Source: Chthoniobacterales bacterium (GTDB lineage Bacteria; Verrucomicrobiota; Verrucomicrobiia; Chthoniobacterales; Chthoniobacteraceae). Taken from it: DNA of 64,000 nt. Shown one piece after another: positions 53,865 to 64,000 of the stretch; within the stretch, counting starts at the first letter, position 1; each line of letters starts with the position of its first letter. The stretch covers positions 15,756 to 79,755 of the forward strand of contig JBBSFI010000001.1 of the NCBI GenBank assembly GCA_038238905.1, written 5' to 3'. The position numbers and the translations under genes are program-made. Under the pieces are notes generated by a model. The model made no database searches and was not told the origin of the DNA. It saw nothing but the letters and a program-made list of their open reading frames with translations.

Positions 53865-55232
53865 TCATCCATCCCGCGGCTTGACCCTTGCCCCTGCGAC
53901 GACCGCATCGGGTGGATGAAGGATCACCTGCGTGCGGGCGGTAATGCCGGAGAGCACTTCGGCGGCGATTCCGTTGTTGTGGCCGATCTCAAGCTTTTGA
54001 AGGCGGGCGCGCCCGCCATCGATGACAAAACAGATCCAATCGCTTCCGCGCCGGAAAAGGGCGCCAGTGGGAATTTGCAATACGTCGGGAGAACTCCAGG
54101 TGACGATGCGCGCCTCGACCCGGTAGCGATCACCCAGGCGAGCCCACTCGGCGTGAGGCTCCCGAAACTCGACTCGCACTTTTACGCGCTGCTCCTCGAC
54201 TCCCAGCGCGGAGATCTTGGTGAAGGCCGCTGGCTCGACGAGCTGCACGATGGCGCGGATGGGCAAGACGCCGCCCCAGCGCTCGATGATGGCTTCGGCG
54301 CCCGGCTTCACCGCGGCGGCGTCTGTGGAGAGCAGCTCTATTTCGGCTTCCAAATCCGTTGGATCGCCGACTTCCATCACGGGAGTGCCTGGAGCGATCA
54401 AGCGGGCGCTCTCCTCGAATACATTCAACACGAAGCCCGTCACCGGCGAGACGATCGTGAGCGGCGTTCCGTCGGGAGACGCGTTCCCCTCCGCCTGGAG
54501 CAAGGCCGCCTGCGCCTGCTGCAAATCGAACTTCGCCGTCTGCACCCCAAACTCGGCGCTGTGCAGCTCCCGCTGGCGCATCGAGGAGGTGAGATCGGCC
54601 TGATCCCAATCGCTGGCTGAAATCGCGCCGCTGCGGTGGAGCGGGACGGCGCGCTGCTTTTCGCGCTCGGCCAGATCGGCTGCGGCTCGCGCCCTTTCGA
54701 CATCCGCTTCGCGCTGCTTCACGAGGAACTCGGCGCCTTTCACGGCTGCCTGCGCCTGGGTCATCAAACGCGGATTGAGCAGGCTGGCTGCTTCCGCCTG
54801 CACCTTCATCAACTCCGTGACGCCTGCTTCGATGGGATCGCCTGCGCGCAATTGCACCCGTTGTAAATAGCCGCCCACGGGAGGCGAAATCGTGAAGCGA
54901 TGGCGAATCCGCGTCTTTCCCTCCTCGAGCACCGACACGGCGAGCGGCCCGCGGTTCACCGCGCCCGTTTCGACCGGCAGAGGCTTCGGCATGAGTCCCA
55001 GGGCAATGAGCGTGACGATGCCGATCCCGATCACCCACGGTATGAGCTTGCGAAAGCGCGCGGCGCGGTTGCGGGCTGCTTTGGCATTGGGAGCTGGCGG
55101 CGGGGCAAACGCGGCGGCCTTGTTAAAGGAACTCCGCTTTGCGGCAGGGATGGTGGGAGCTTGATTCAAAGGCGCCAAAGCAGATTCATCGACCGCGATC
55201 GGTCTGGACTCAAGAGGAGAGCCGATGGGCAA
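53865..55232 (-). CDS. HlyD-family periplasmic adaptor (membrane fusion protein)
   Basis: TM anchor WVIGIGIVTLIALGL, then coiled-coil and beta-barrel segments. The start is uncertain: the tracked ORF overlaps the upstream permease, and TTG 55232 is the first start after the permease stop. Confidence 0.75.
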   Translation of the reverse strand: MPIGSPLESRPIAVDESALAPLNQAPTIPAAKRSSFNKAAAFAPPPAPNAKAARNRAARFRKLIPWVIGIGIVTLIALGLMPKPLPVETGAVNRGPLAVSVLEEGKTRIRHRFTISPPVGGYLQRVQLRAGDPIEAGVTELMKVQAEAASLLNPRLMTQAQAAVKGAEFLVKQREADVERARAAADLAEREKQRAVPLHRSGAISASDWDQADLTSSMRQRELHSAEFGVQTAKFDLQQAQAALLQAEGNASPDGTPLTIVSPVTGFVLNVFEESARLIAPGTPVMEVGDPTDLEAEIELLSTDAAAVKPGAEAIIERWGGVLPIRAIVQLVEPAAFTKISALGVEEQRVKVRVEFREPHAEWARLGDRYRVEARIVTWSSPDVLQIPTGALFRRGSDWICFVIDGGRARLQKLEIGHNNGIAAEVLSGITARTQVILHPPDAVVAGARVKPRDG

Positions 55233-55255
55233 TGGGGTTGGGCGGACGACGGTCG

Positions 55256-57619
55256 CTACTCCTGCGCCTTCAGCACGGACAAGAGGTCGAGCTGGCGGAT
55301 CCGCCGGCTCACGGCGGCGAAAGACAACGTGGACGACGTGAGAACAATGAGGGCCGCCGTGGCGTAGGTGTGCGGCGTCAGCATCAGCGGCAGCCGCACG
55401 CTTTCTGTGCTCGCTGAGTGAACGACCCATGTCGCGAGCGCGCTGCCGATTGCGAGTCCGGCGGGAATGGCTGCGAGCGTGAGGAGCGCCAATTCGCTGA
55501 TGAGCACGCCCGCCACCTCACGGTGTGTGAAGCCGATCACCCGCAGTGTAGCGAGGTCGCGGCTCCTCTCGCTCAGGGCGATCCGTGCACTGTTATACAC
55601 GACGCCGAATGCGACAATCACCGCGAAAGAGAAGTAGAGCGTTTGCAACATATCGATGGACTCCGCAGTCGTTTTCTTGAAACTCTGCCGCATGCTTTCC
55701 TTGATAAGCAGCGTCGCGATCCTGGGCGTCTGTTTTGCCTTCTCCATAAACTCCGTCCAATGCGCGCGATCGACGGAGAGATAGGCGCCGCTTACAGTAT
55801 CCGATTCGCGCATCAGCCGGTGGAGATTGTCTATCTCCATGAATGCTGAGACGCCTGCGTAATCGACGAACACGCCGGCAAGCACCGCCTCACGCACGGG
55901 GCGTTCACCTTCCTCGACTTCCAATTGGATGCGATCGCCCGGTCGCGCCCCAAGAATTTCAGCGAGCTTGGCAGAAATGATAAGCCCATCCGGCGGCAGC
56001 GCGATGGGATGCGCATCGCCATCCAGGAGGCGGTTCAAAAGGGCGTTGGGCGGGATGCCGCTCACGGCGAGCTTTCGCGAGCGATGGCCAAAGCGCAGTC
56101 TTGCGGGGACGGTGCGAAACGGTTCGGCCAGCACGACGCCGGGGAGATGGCTCAGATTGGAAAGGGCTGCGGCGGACCCAGGCTCGTCCAGTCCGACCGT
56201 AACGTCCTGCCTTTGCGCGACATCCCATTGGAAAGAGAGCAGATAGTTTATCCCCTCCTTCAGCGTGCCGGGGAGCACCGGTATGCCCGTTGCAAGCGCG
56301 ATCCCGAGAGCGGTGAAGAGCGCCTGCCACGGCCGCCGTTCCAGATTGCGAAGCGCCATGCGCATCGATGTGCCGGCGAGATGTGCGAGGCCGAGCCGCT
56401 CAATGAGCGATGGGCGGAAATCGGCGGGCGGCTCGGGGCGCATCGCTTCGGCGGGCGGGAGGCGCACGGCTTGGCGGACGGCGCCGATCACGCCAAGAAA
56501 GGCGGCGGCCGCGCTCGTGGCGAGAGCGGCGGCGATTGCAGAGAGATCGGGGCTGAATGGGAGACGCGGGAAGCGAAAAAAACGGTGATAGAGGTGCACC
56601 ACATTTCCGCCGAGCCAGAAGCCGGCGGCAGAGCCGGCGACCGTGCCGATCACCACGATGATGAGGGCGAACTTCATGTAGTGGACCCCGACTTCACGAG
56701 AGGAATACCCAAAGGCTTTAAGCTGCGCGATCTGCTCGCGTTGGAGCCGCACCAGGCGGGTGAGCACCGCGCTCGACATAAAAGCGGCGATGCTCAGGAA
56801 GGCGATGGGAAACGCCAGCGCAAGGCCGTGCAGCAGGCGCAATTCATCGTTCAAGCGCACGGCGGATGCCTGGTCCTTTCTGCCGTAGGCGCCGAGCGCG
56901 CCGTACGGAGCAAGGATGCGATCGAGCTCGGCCAGCACGGGCGCGGCATCCTGCCCGGGCGCAAGATCGACGATCACATTGTTGAAGCCTCCGCGCATAT
57001 CCATCGCCGCGGAGAGCTCCCGCTCGTTCATCCAGAGCACTCCGAAGCGTTTGTTGTCCGGCAGCGACGCGCCGGGCTGCGCCTCGAATACGTACTCTGG
57101 AGAGAGCGCCACTCCGACCACCGTCAATACCTGCCGCTGCCCGCGCAGGATCGCCGGAATCGCGTCCCCGGGCTGAAATCCATGTGCTTCGGCAAATGCT
57201 TCGCTGATGACGGCTTCGCCGCGGCTGCCCCTTTCTGGAAGCCGCCCGGTCCGCAGGAAGAGTAGATTCAATTGCTGCGGCCGATCGTCCGGCAGGGAAA
57301 TGACAGTCCCATTTGCGGGTTCGGTGAAGCCCGGCAGATCGAGTGTCGCCTTTCCTGTGACGCGGGTCTCAATCGCAGCAACGCCGCTGATTTGCTGAAG
57401 CTGTGCGCGGACATCGTTTGGAGCGCGCTTCAGATCCGCGAACACATCGGCAAAATGGTTTCGTTCATAGTAGGCGTCGCGCGTGGTCTCCAGCGAATGC
57501 GTGAGGCTGCGCGCCATGATCATCATGGCGAGTCCGCAGGCCATCACCAGCGACACAGCAAGCGTCTGCCCTTTCATCTTGCCAACGTCCCTCAAGAGCT
57601 TGCGGTCGAGCGGCGTCAT
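55256..57619 (-). CDS. ABC transporter permease with two FtsX/MacB-type domains
   Basis: 787 aa. Two 4-TM FtsX-like modules are each preceded by a large extracytoplasmic domain. The N-terminus, LLRDVGKMKGQTLAVSLVMACG, is typical. Confidence 0.8.
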   Translation of the reverse strand: MTPLDRKLLRDVGKMKGQTLAVSLVMACGLAMMIMARSLTHSLETTRDAYYERNHFADVFADLKRAPNDVRAQLQQISGVAAIETRVTGKATLDLPGFTEPANGTVISLPDDRPQQLNLLFLRTGRLPERGSRGEAVISEAFAEAHGFQPGDAIPAILRGQRQVLTVVGVALSPEYVFEAQPGASLPDNKRFGVLWMNERELSAAMDMRGGFNNVIVDLAPGQDAAPVLAELDRILAPYGALGAYGRKDQASAVRLNDELRLLHGLALAFPIAFLSIAAFMSSAVLTRLVRLQREQIAQLKAFGYSSREVGVHYMKFALIIVVIGTVAGSAAGFWLGGNVVHLYHRFFRFPRLPFSPDLSAIAAALATSAAAAFLGVIGAVRQAVRLPPAEAMRPEPPADFRPSLIERLGLAHLAGTSMRMALRNLERRPWQALFTALGIALATGIPVLPGTLKEGINYLLSFQWDVAQRQDVTVGLDEPGSAAALSNLSHLPGVVLAEPFRTVPARLRFGHRSRKLAVSGIPPNALLNRLLDGDAHPIALPPDGLIISAKLAEILGARPGDRIQLEVEEGERPVREAVLAGVFVDYAGVSAFMEIDNLHRLMRESDTVSGAYLSVDRAHWTEFMEKAKQTPRIATLLIKESMRQSFKKTTAESIDMLQTLYFSFAVIVAFGVVYNSARIALSERSRDLATLRVIGFTHREVAGVLISELALLTLAAIPAGLAIGSALATWVVHSASTESVRLPLMLTPHTYATAALIVLTSSTLSFAAVSRRIRQLDLLSVLKAQE

Positions 57620-57632
57620 CGCGCGGAATGGG

Positions 57633-58394
57633 CTACCACTCGAGATCTCCGACTGGGCGGCGAATGCTGTTTGCGCGCTCCTCGTGGATGCGCCCGTCGC
57701 TCATGATCAGCACGCGATCGGCCATCTCGGCGAGGACTGCATTGTGGGTAATGATAACGACCAGTGTGCCGAGTTCGATATTCACCCGCTCGATGGCTTG
57801 CAGAACGGTGATGCCAGTACGGACATCGAGCGCCCCGGTCGGCTCATCGCAGAGCAACACTCTCGGCCGCTTTGCGATGGCGCGTGCGATGGCGACCCGC
57901 TGTTGCTGCCCGCCCGAGAGTTGCGACGGAAAATGATCCATCCGGTCCGAAAGCTCGACGAGGCCCAGCGCTTCCTCCGGCGCGATCGGATCGAAGGCAA
58001 TCTCCGTGATGAGCGCCACGTTTTCGCGTGCGGTGAGGCTCGGGATGAGATTGTAGAACTGGAACACAAAGCCCACCGCTTCGCGTCGAAATCGGGTCAA
58101 TTCCTTTTCGCTGGCCCCGGTCAATTCGCGCCCGCGATAGGTGAGCGAACCGCTCGTCGGCACGTCGAGGCCGCCGAGGTTGTTGAGCAGGGTGGATTTG
58201 CCGCTCCCGGAGGGACCGAGAAGGACGACCAATTCGCCGGGGTAAAGATCGAGATCGACGCCCGTGAGCGCGCGCACTTCCGTGGCGCCGCTGCCGTATG
58301 TCTTGGTCAATGCGCGCGCGCTATACACCGCGATTGGGGCGGAGTCCGACGGACGCAGGACGGGCGATTCTTCGAGCACGCAGGAGCTTAGCAT
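57633..58394 (-). CDS. ABC transporter ATP-binding protein (MacB/LolD-like)
   Basis: Walker A is [12 protein letters not shown], the signature is [14 protein letters not shown], and Walker B is [12 protein letters not shown]. Confidence 0.9.
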   Translation of the reverse strand: MLSSCVLEESPVLRPSDSAPIAVYSARALTKTYGSGATEVRALTGVDLDLYPGELVVLLGPSGSGKSTLLNNLGGLDVPTSGSLTYRGRELTGASEKELTRFRREAVGFVFQFYNLIPSLTARENVALITEIAFDPIAPEEALGLVELSDRMDHFPSQLSGGQQQRVAIARAIAKRPRVLLCDEPTGALDVRTGITVLQAIERVNIELGTLVVIITHNAVLAEMADRVLIMSDGRIHEERANSIRRPVGDLEW

Positions 58395-58433
58395 ATTTGG
58401 AATGCGGCTTTGCAGCGGGGGCGTCTTCGCAAT

Positions 58434-60197
58434 ATGATTCCCGCCGCGATGACTCCCCTCCGCCTCGTCTTATGTTTGCTTGCTTGCAATGCGTTCGCGC
58501 GCTCCGCACTCGCAGAGGATTTAAAGCCGGTCGTGTCGTGGCTCGGTAATTCCTACTCCGGGGCGCATGACAAGTGGGTTCAAAACTTCTTCATCGACGC
58601 AATCGTGCAGCCCGATGGGACGGTGAATAGCTGGAGTCATTGGGACGAAGGCGGCCATCGGTTCGGTGTGTACAAGGATGGGGATGTGATCGGGGACAAA
58701 GACGTGAAGGCAAACAGCCTGGAAGTCGCGGATAAGGCTGGCCGCCACTGGAAGCTCGCGGTCGAATACATCGATCCCAAACACAATGAGTGGGATTTCA
58801 AGCCGCTCGGGATCGAATGCGACGGGCAGCGTGTGTCTTTTCCCGAACTGGAGCAACCGGCGGCGCTCGCGCTCGCAAACGACGGCCAACTGATGGTTGC
58901 CGATTCGTGGACCGGTTCACGGCAACAAATCCTCTTTTACGATGTGGCGGATCCGCGGCATCCGCGGCTGGCGCGCGCCTTTGGCGAGCGCGGTGGAATT
59001 GCGTCGGGAACGCCGGGCGAGGTGGCGCCGCTGAAATTCTGGGGAATTCGCGGCACGGGCATGGATGCGGAGGGAAATATCTATGTGGCGATGAGCGAGA
59101 TGGGCACGGTGCTGCGGAAGTTTTCGCCTGGTGGTGAGTTGCTATGGGAGCTGTACGGTCATTTCTTCGTCGATGTGGTGGCGGCAGATCCGAAGACGGA
59201 TGGGCGCGATGTCTGGGGCGTGCAGGAGCATTACACCATGGACTATTCGCAGCCGCCTGGCAGAGAGGCGAAGTGGGTCGGTTACTCGCTGGACCGCCAT
59301 AAATATCCGAACGATCCGCGCGGGCTAACTTTTGTGAAGCAGCAGGGCGAGCATGGCATCACATCGCCGCAGATGATCTGGCTGGATGGGAAGCGCTTTC
59401 TCTTCACTGGCGGGATGTTTGCCAGCAACTTCATCAATATCTTCCGCTACGATGGCGAGATTGCGGTCCCCTCGGGGCTTATCCAGCAATGGGACAATAA
59501 TCTATATAACACGGATCTTCAATGGCCGCCGAACAAACCGAAGGGCGCATCCATCTGGCGCGATCTGAATGGCGACGGCGACTACCAGGCCGATGAGTTC
59601 ACGCCGAACACAGAGCGTGTGAAGCCGGGGCCATTTTGGGTGGATGAACATGGCAATATCTGGATGGCTTACGGTTTCTTCCGGTACGACTTTCAAGGGC
59701 TCGACAGCAAAGGAAATCCGATCTATCGAGCGGACAAGATCACCGTGATGGATCCGCCGAAGGGTGTGAAGCGCGTCGCCCGAGTTTACTACGACGCGTC
59801 GCGCGATCTTTTGGTGGTGGCAGACGAAGGGAGCGACATGCGGCACATCGGGCGTGTGTTTATTTGCCCCAGATATCTTGCGGGAAATCGCGATGCGATC
59901 TCGTACGCGCCGGGCGCAGGGGCCGAGGCGGAATGCATCGCTGTTGCTGGCGATTATGTCTTCACCGGCGGCTGGAAGACCCGCGGGAAAATATGGGTGA
60001 ATCGGCTTGGCGATGGGGCGGAGATTGGAACCTTCGATCCCGGTCCTACGGTGGGCGGAGTGGAAAATACGGGCTGGATCGATCTGCTTACTGGCATTGC
60101 CGCACACCGCCGGGCCGACGGCGAATATCTCGTTTTTGTCGAAGAAGACTACAAAGCAAAGGTATTACTTTATCGTTGGAAACCGCCACTCAAATGA
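58434..60197 (+). CDS. secreted hypothetical beta-propeller-like protein
   Basis: ATG 58434 (the tracked ORF starts at TTG 58410) gives signal peptide [27 protein letters not shown]. The body is a large beta-rich domain with no family recognised. Confidence 0.65.
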   Translation: MIPAAMTPLRLVLCLLACNAFARSALAEDLKPVVSWLGNSYSGAHDKWVQNFFIDAIVQPDGTVNSWSHWDEGGHRFGVYKDGDVIGDKDVKANSLEVADKAGRHWKLAVEYIDPKHNEWDFKPLGIECDGQRVSFPELEQPAALALANDGQLMVADSWTGSRQQILFYDVADPRHPRLARAFGERGGIASGTPGEVAPLKFWGIRGTGMDAEGNIYVAMSEMGTVLRKFSPGGELLWELYGHFFVDVVAADPKTDGRDVWGVQEHYTMDYSQPPGREAKWVGYSLDRHKYPNDPRGLTFVKQQGEHGITSPQMIWLDGKRFLFTGGMFASNFINIFRYDGEIAVPSGLIQQWDNNLYNTDLQWPPNKPKGASIWRDLNGDGDYQADEFTPNTERVKPGPFWVDEHGNIWMAYGFFRYDFQGLDSKGNPIYRADKITVMDPPKGVKRVARVYYDASRDLLVVADEGSDMRHIGRVFICPRYLAGNRDAISYAPGAGAEAECIAVAGDYVFTGGWKTRGKIWVNRLGDGAEIGTFDPGPTVGGVENTGWIDLLTGIAAHRRADGEYLVFVEEDYKAKVLLYRWKPPLK

Positions 60198-61141
60198 ATC
60201 CCCGATCACTCGCACTTACTGTCCTATTCGCCATCGGAGCCACCACGCAGGCGCACGAACTCGATGGCCAGCAATTCCTCATTACGTCCACGCGCACCGG
60301 CGACACCGAGATCTTCACCATCGATCCCGTCTCGGGCGACGCCAGGAATCTCACACGCAGTCCGAAGAGCGAGGATCGTTATCCGTGCTGGTCGCCCGAT
60401 GCAAAGCGCGTCGCCTTCACGTCGGACCGCGATGGAACCATGAATCTGTACGTGATGGATGCGGACGGGGCCGATGTGAAGCAGCTTACGCATTTGCAAG
60501 CGCCGGCGGTCGCTTACATGCCAAGCTGGAGCGGAGATCGCATCGTCTTTGGCTGGCACGCGGACAAGCCCGAGATGGCTTCGATCCGCGACGACGGCAG
60601 CGACTTGAAGATGCTCGGCGCAGGCCACGATCCGTGCGTTTCGCCGGATGGCGCGCACATAGCCTACACGGGTGAGTGCGCGGGAGGGGTGAGCGTTTTC
60701 ACCATGAATGCCGATGGCTCCGGCAAAAAGCAGATCGTGCCGGATGTGAATCCGTGGGGCGCGATTTTTCCATCATGGTCGCCGGACGGGAAGCGCATCG
60801 CCTATGCTTTCAAAACTGGCGACACGCTGGAGATCTTCTCGTGCAATGCGGATGGCAGCGACATCCGCCAGGTGACGCATCTGGGGAAAATCAGCACACC
60901 GCCCGCGTGGTCGCCGGATGGCCGATGGATTAGCTTCCGGCACACGGACGAGCGGTATTGGAGCGACCCGGTGCGCGTGAAGAAAATCTACGCTGAGCAT
61001 CCGGGCGACAAGCGCCCGGTCTGGATCGTGCGTCCCGACGGATCGGATGCGCACCTGGTTGAAGTGACGCGTTACGGCTGCGCGATGGATGGAAGCCGGG
61101 CGCAATGGAAGCCAGCCGCCGGATTGAGCGCGGTTCGTTAA
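60194..61141 (+). CDS. TolB-like PD40 beta-propeller repeat protein
   Basis: ATG 60194 overlaps the previous stop (ATGA). After a signal peptide there are repeated PD40-type units (PCWSPDAKRVAFTSDRDG..NLYVMDADG, PSWSPDGKRIAY, PAWSPDGRWISF). Confidence 0.8.
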   Translation: MNPRSLALTVLFAIGATTQAHELDGQQFLITSTRTGDTEIFTIDPVSGDARNLTRSPKSEDRYPCWSPDAKRVAFTSDRDGTMNLYVMDADGADVKQLTHLQAPAVAYMPSWSGDRIVFGWHADKPEMASIRDDGSDLKMLGAGHDPCVSPDGAHIAYTGECAGGVSVFTMNADGSGKKQIVPDVNPWGAIFPSWSPDGKRIAYAFKTGDTLEIFSCNADGSDIRQVTHLGKISTPPAWSPDGRWISFRHTDERYWSDPVRVKKIYAEHPGDKRPVWIVRPDGSDAHLVEVTRYGCAMDGSRAQWKPAAGLSAVR

Positions 61142-61143
61142 GG

Positions 61144-61302
61144 ATGCTCTTCACGCGCCGCCAGTTCATTGCGGGCGCGATTGCCGGAACGGCCGCCATG
61201 GCCACCCGCGCAAAAGCGTCCGAGGCGGTCACTAGGAGGATTCGTAGGAAGGCACAGGATCAGGATCAGAGTCTGGACCTCTCCACGGCATTGGGAGTTT
61301 GA
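61144..61302 (+). pseudogene. Tat-signal-peptide remnant of a lost exported enzyme gene
   Basis: MLFTRRQFIAGAIAGTAAMATRAKA is a textbook twin-arginine signal peptide, but the frame ends ~25 codons later. The next ~250 nt show only short coding-like fragments in mixed frames (e.g. WEFEGGTLA). Confidence 0.3.
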
Positions 61303-61553
61303 GGGCGGCACGCTGGCGCGGAGGAGGTTTGGTTCTGTGGGGCAAACGGCGAGATGACGTTCTTTGCCGATTCGAACGCCGATGGTGGAAAGGTGTCGCG
61401 AATTTGTCCCGGCTTTCCAAGCCGCGTGGATACGTGACGCTCGAAGGCGGCTGCACGACGATTGCGCGGCCGGTGGATTCTCCCGGATAGGCTTGGACGC
61501 ACGGCGCCTTGCCACGGTGTTGTGGATTTCACAGCACTACGTATAACTGTGGA

Positions 61554-61967
61554 ATGAGCGAACCGACCAAATCCCTGTCACCCGACGGCGAGCTCTTCGC
61601 GCCGCGCGCGGCAGTCAAGCTCGGCATGGCCCTGCTGGCTCTGTTCGCCGCCGTGGTGCTGCTGGCTGCTGCTCAGAAGGAGCGACGCTCGACACTGGAG
61701 TCATTCAGCGAGACCACCGCGGTCGGCGATCTCTCGTTTTTCAATCCAGACGCGCATGCGGCGCCGGAAGCGGCGCTTCGCTTCAAAGGGCATCCGATCG
61801 CGATTCCCGCGCTGAAGCACCTGACTTTCCACGACAGCCGTATGCGAAGCGTCGGAACGGATGAAGGCGGAGCTTACCGGATTTACGTGAACGCGGATGA
61901 AAAAGAGAACTCCGGCCGGCACTATGTGAAAACCGGCGCGGAACAGTACGTTGAAGTTCAATTGTAG
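61554..61967 (+). CDS. membrane-anchored hypothetical protein
   Basis: ATG 61554. One TM segment (LGMALLALFAAVVLLAAA) and a small extracytoplasmic domain. Confidence 0.55.
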   Translation: MSEPTKSLSPDGELFAPRAAVKLGMALLALFAAVVLLAAAQKERRSTLESFSETTAVGDLSFFNPDAHAAPEAALRFKGHPIAIPALKHLTFHDSRMRSVGTDEGGAYRIYVNADEKENSGRHYVKTGAEQYVEVQL

Positions 61968-62015
61968 TGGCTATAGTAGCGCCTCCACTTCCACCTTCCC
62001 CTCGTCGAACAATCC

Positions 62016-62918
62016 ATGGCCGGAATCACCGATTTCCTTACGCCGGAAGCGATGCGCAAGCTCGAGTCGCTCTCGGTGCGGTCGCGCTACGTTTCGGAAG
62101 GCTCGATGAGCGGGGCGCACAAAAGCCCGTTGAAAGGGCAGAGCGTCGAGTTTGCGGACCGGCGCGAGTACGTGAAAGGGGACAATCTGCGGCACCTCGA
62201 CTGGAAGGTCTTCGGACGGACGGAGCGCTATTATATCCGGCAATTCGAGGAGGAGACGAGTCTGCGGGTAAATGTGATCATCGATGCGTCCGGCTCGATG
62301 AATTATAGTGGATCGAAGGACCGCCCGACCAAGTACGGCTATGCGTGCCGCGTTGCGGCGGCGCTCGGATACATCGTGAGCAAGCAGCAGGATTCGCTCG
62401 GGCTTACGTTGTACGACAACGAGGTGCGCGACCGGATTCCCACAAAGGGTGGCACACGGCACCTTCGGCTTTTTGTGGAGCGGCTGGCGTCGCACGAGGC
62501 GCGGAACGTGACGGATACCGGGAAGGCGCTCCACGCGCTGGCCGAGCAGCTTTCGAGGCGTGGGTTGATCGTCCTGATGACCGATTGCTTCGACGATCCG
62601 GATGCGATCTTCAATGCGCTCGCACATTTCCGAAAGAAGATGCACGACGTGATCCTTTTGCAGATTCTGGATCCCGTCGAGCTGGAGCTTTCGATCGATC
62701 GCGTCGCGGAGTTTATCGACCTGGAGACGGGCGAAAAGCTGGAGATCGATCCGACGCACGCGCGTCTCGAATATAAAAAGGAATTGCAGAAGTTCATCGA
62801 TCAAGTGCGCGAAAAATGCTCGGTGATGAACGTCGATTACCGCCTGGTTTCGACGAGCGAAACGTTCGAGGATTTTGTGCATCAATACCTGAACGAGCGA
62901 AGGAGAATGAGTCTCTAG
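62016..62918 (+). CDS. DUF58 domain protein (MoxR/Bat-operon type)
   Basis: GAHKSPLKGQSVEFADRREYVKGDNLRHLDWKVFGRTERYYIRQFEEETSLRVNVIIDASGSM is the canonical DUF58 core. Confidence 0.85.
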   Translation: MAGITDFLTPEAMRKLESLSVRSRYVSEGSMSGAHKSPLKGQSVEFADRREYVKGDNLRHLDWKVFGRTERYYIRQFEEETSLRVNVIIDASGSMNYSGSKDRPTKYGYACRVAAALGYIVSKQQDSLGLTLYDNEVRDRIPTKGGTRHLRLFVERLASHEARNVTDTGKALHALAEQLSRRGLIVLMTDCFDDPDAIFNALAHFRKKMHDVILLQILDPVELELSIDRVAEFIDLETGEKLEIDPTHARLEYKKELQKFIDQVREKCSVMNVDYRLVSTSETFEDFVHQYLNERRRMSL

Positions 62919-62954
62919 CTAGCTAGGCCCGCTCCGCGTTTTCTCCCCCCGGTC

Positions 62955-64000
62955 ATGTCTTTCCTCACTCCCTGGCTGCTCTACGGGTTTGGCGCGCTTT
63001 CGGTCCCGATTGTCATCCATCTTTGGCAGCGAAAACGGATCGTGCCTGTGCCGTTTTCGACCCTGCGTTTCCTGAAGATCGTTGCGGCGCGCACGAGCCG
63101 GAGCGCGAAGGTGGAGAATCTTTTGCTGCTGCTGCTGCGGTGTCTCATCGTTGCGCTCGTGATCGCGGCGGCGGCGCGGCCAGTGGTTTCCACGGAATCG
63201 ACGAAGCTCTTCGGCGGCAGCGTGCCGCGGAGCATCGCGCTGGTGATCGACCGCTCGATGAGCATGGGTTATAAAAGCGGCGACGAAACGCGGCTCGAAT
63301 TGGCGAAGCGGCAGGCGCAGGCCGTGATCGATGACCTCAAAAGCGGGGACGAGGTCGCCGTGATCGCGATCAACGATCAGCCGCAGATGCTCGTCGCCGA
63401 GCCGACGATCGATCACGGTGTGGCTCATCAGGCGGTGGATTCCGTGCAGCTTACGGAAGGGCGCACCGATTTCTCCGCGGGGCTGCGCGCAGCGCGAAAG
63501 GCGATCGGTCAGAAAGCGCGCGGCGTGAAACAGATCTTCCTCTTCACCGACAACCAGGAAGGGGCGTGGCAATTTGAGCACGCGGCGATCTTCGACGACG
63601 GATGGAAGCAATTGAATCCGAAGCTTGTGATTGTGCGCCCGGACGATCTCACTCCGGTAAATTCCAGCGTCAGCAAGGTGCGGTTCGACACGCCGTTTGC
63701 GGCGACCGGCTCCTTGGTGCGCGGGGTGGCCACCGTTGAGAATCATTCCGCGGCGCCTTTGCGCGACCTGATCGAAATCAAGCTTGGAGCCGATCGCGTG
63801 GCGCAGAAACCTGTGGAATCAGCGCCTGGCAGCGCGGTCGATATCCCATTCGAGTTCCAGGCGCCGACTGTGGGCGGCCGATGGGTGCAAGGGGCTGCGA
63901 GCATTTCTGGCGACAACTTGCCGGCGGACGATCGGTTTTTCTTCTCGTTGCCGATCTACCAGGCCCCGCGCGTATTGATCGTCGAGCAGGGCGATGGGCC
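62955..64000 (+). CDS. BatA-like protein: N-terminal double-TM domain + VWA domain (3' partial, runs off window)
   Basis: It is not in the ORF track because no stop lies inside the window. ATG 62955 gives MSFLTPWLLYGFGALSVPIVIHLWQRKRIVPVPFSTLRFL (the aerotolerance-type N-terminal domain), then a VWA MIDAS-like block (IALVIDRSMSMGY). The frame stays open to the window end. Confidence 0.75.
   Translation, partial: MSFLTPWLLYGFGALSVPIVIHLWQRKRIVPVPFSTLRFLKIVAARTSRSAKVENLLLLLLRCLIVALVIAAAARPVVSTESTKLFGGSVPRSIALVIDRSMSMGYKSGDETRLELAKRQAQAVIDDLKSGDEVAVIAINDQPQMLVAEPTIDHGVAHQAVDSVQLTEGRTDFSAGLRAARKAIGQKARGVKQIFLFTDNQEGAWQFEHAAIFDDGWKQLNPKLVIVRPDDLTPVNSSVSKVRFDTPFAATGSLVRGVATVENHSAAPLRDLIEIKLGADRVAQKPVESAPGSAVDIPFEFQAPTVGGRWVQGAASISGDNLPADDRFFFSLPIYQAPRVLIVEQGDG

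Noticed and set aside
1-64000. Search for tRNA, rRNA, CRISPR arrays, IS elements, integrases, reverse transcriptases and retron-like ncRNAs.
   Set aside because: I found none by eye: no T-loop GGTTCGAATCC-type motifs, no regularly spaced direct repeats and no DDE/tyrosine-recombinase/RT motifs in any ORF translation. tRNAscan, Infernal and ISfinder would be needed to exclude small or degenerate examples.

Overview
GC-rich bacterial chromosomal segment. Gene content and repeat style suggest a PVC-type or Verrucomicrobiota-like soil bacterium, but that is inference only. I can support about 60 protein-coding genes. Most are ordinary chromosomal functions: class II B12-dependent ribonucleotide reductase with tandem NrdR boxes, TyrRS, MTA phosphorylase, YjbQ, PiT phosphate transporter, ExbB/ExbD/TonB-like trio, a GntR-linked sugar/polyol catabolic cluster (TIM-barrel isomerase, MmsA, Zn-ADH, ALDH, class II aldolase), ROK kinase, GmhA, KdsD/KpsF, HPr, GT4 glycosyltransferase, PilT, NlpC/P60, a MacAB/HlyD-type ABC exporter, beta-propeller proteins, and DUF58 plus a BatA-like gene. 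I recognised no rRNA, tRNA, CRISPR array, transposase or integrase. The most interesting part is a ~13 kb accessory block (about 30.3-43.3 kb) between the tonB-like gene and yjbQ. It carries a Schlafen/AlbA_2-HATPase_c_4 gene coupled to a ParA-like ATPase, an ECF sigma operon, an NTase-fold gene with a 60-aa partner, hsdS and TIGR04255 fragments, a C5 DNA methyltransferase next to a GIY-YIG nuclease, a vapBC module and a phage-like HTH gene. Two families of structured intergenic repeats punctuate this block. Many of its reading frames are broken by single nonsense or 1-nt indel lesions, while every housekeeping gene I read in the window is intact. A second decayed vapBC pair lies downstream of nrdJ. 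All calls come from reading the ORF translations and the DNA by eye; no searches were run, so family assignments are motif-based recollections.
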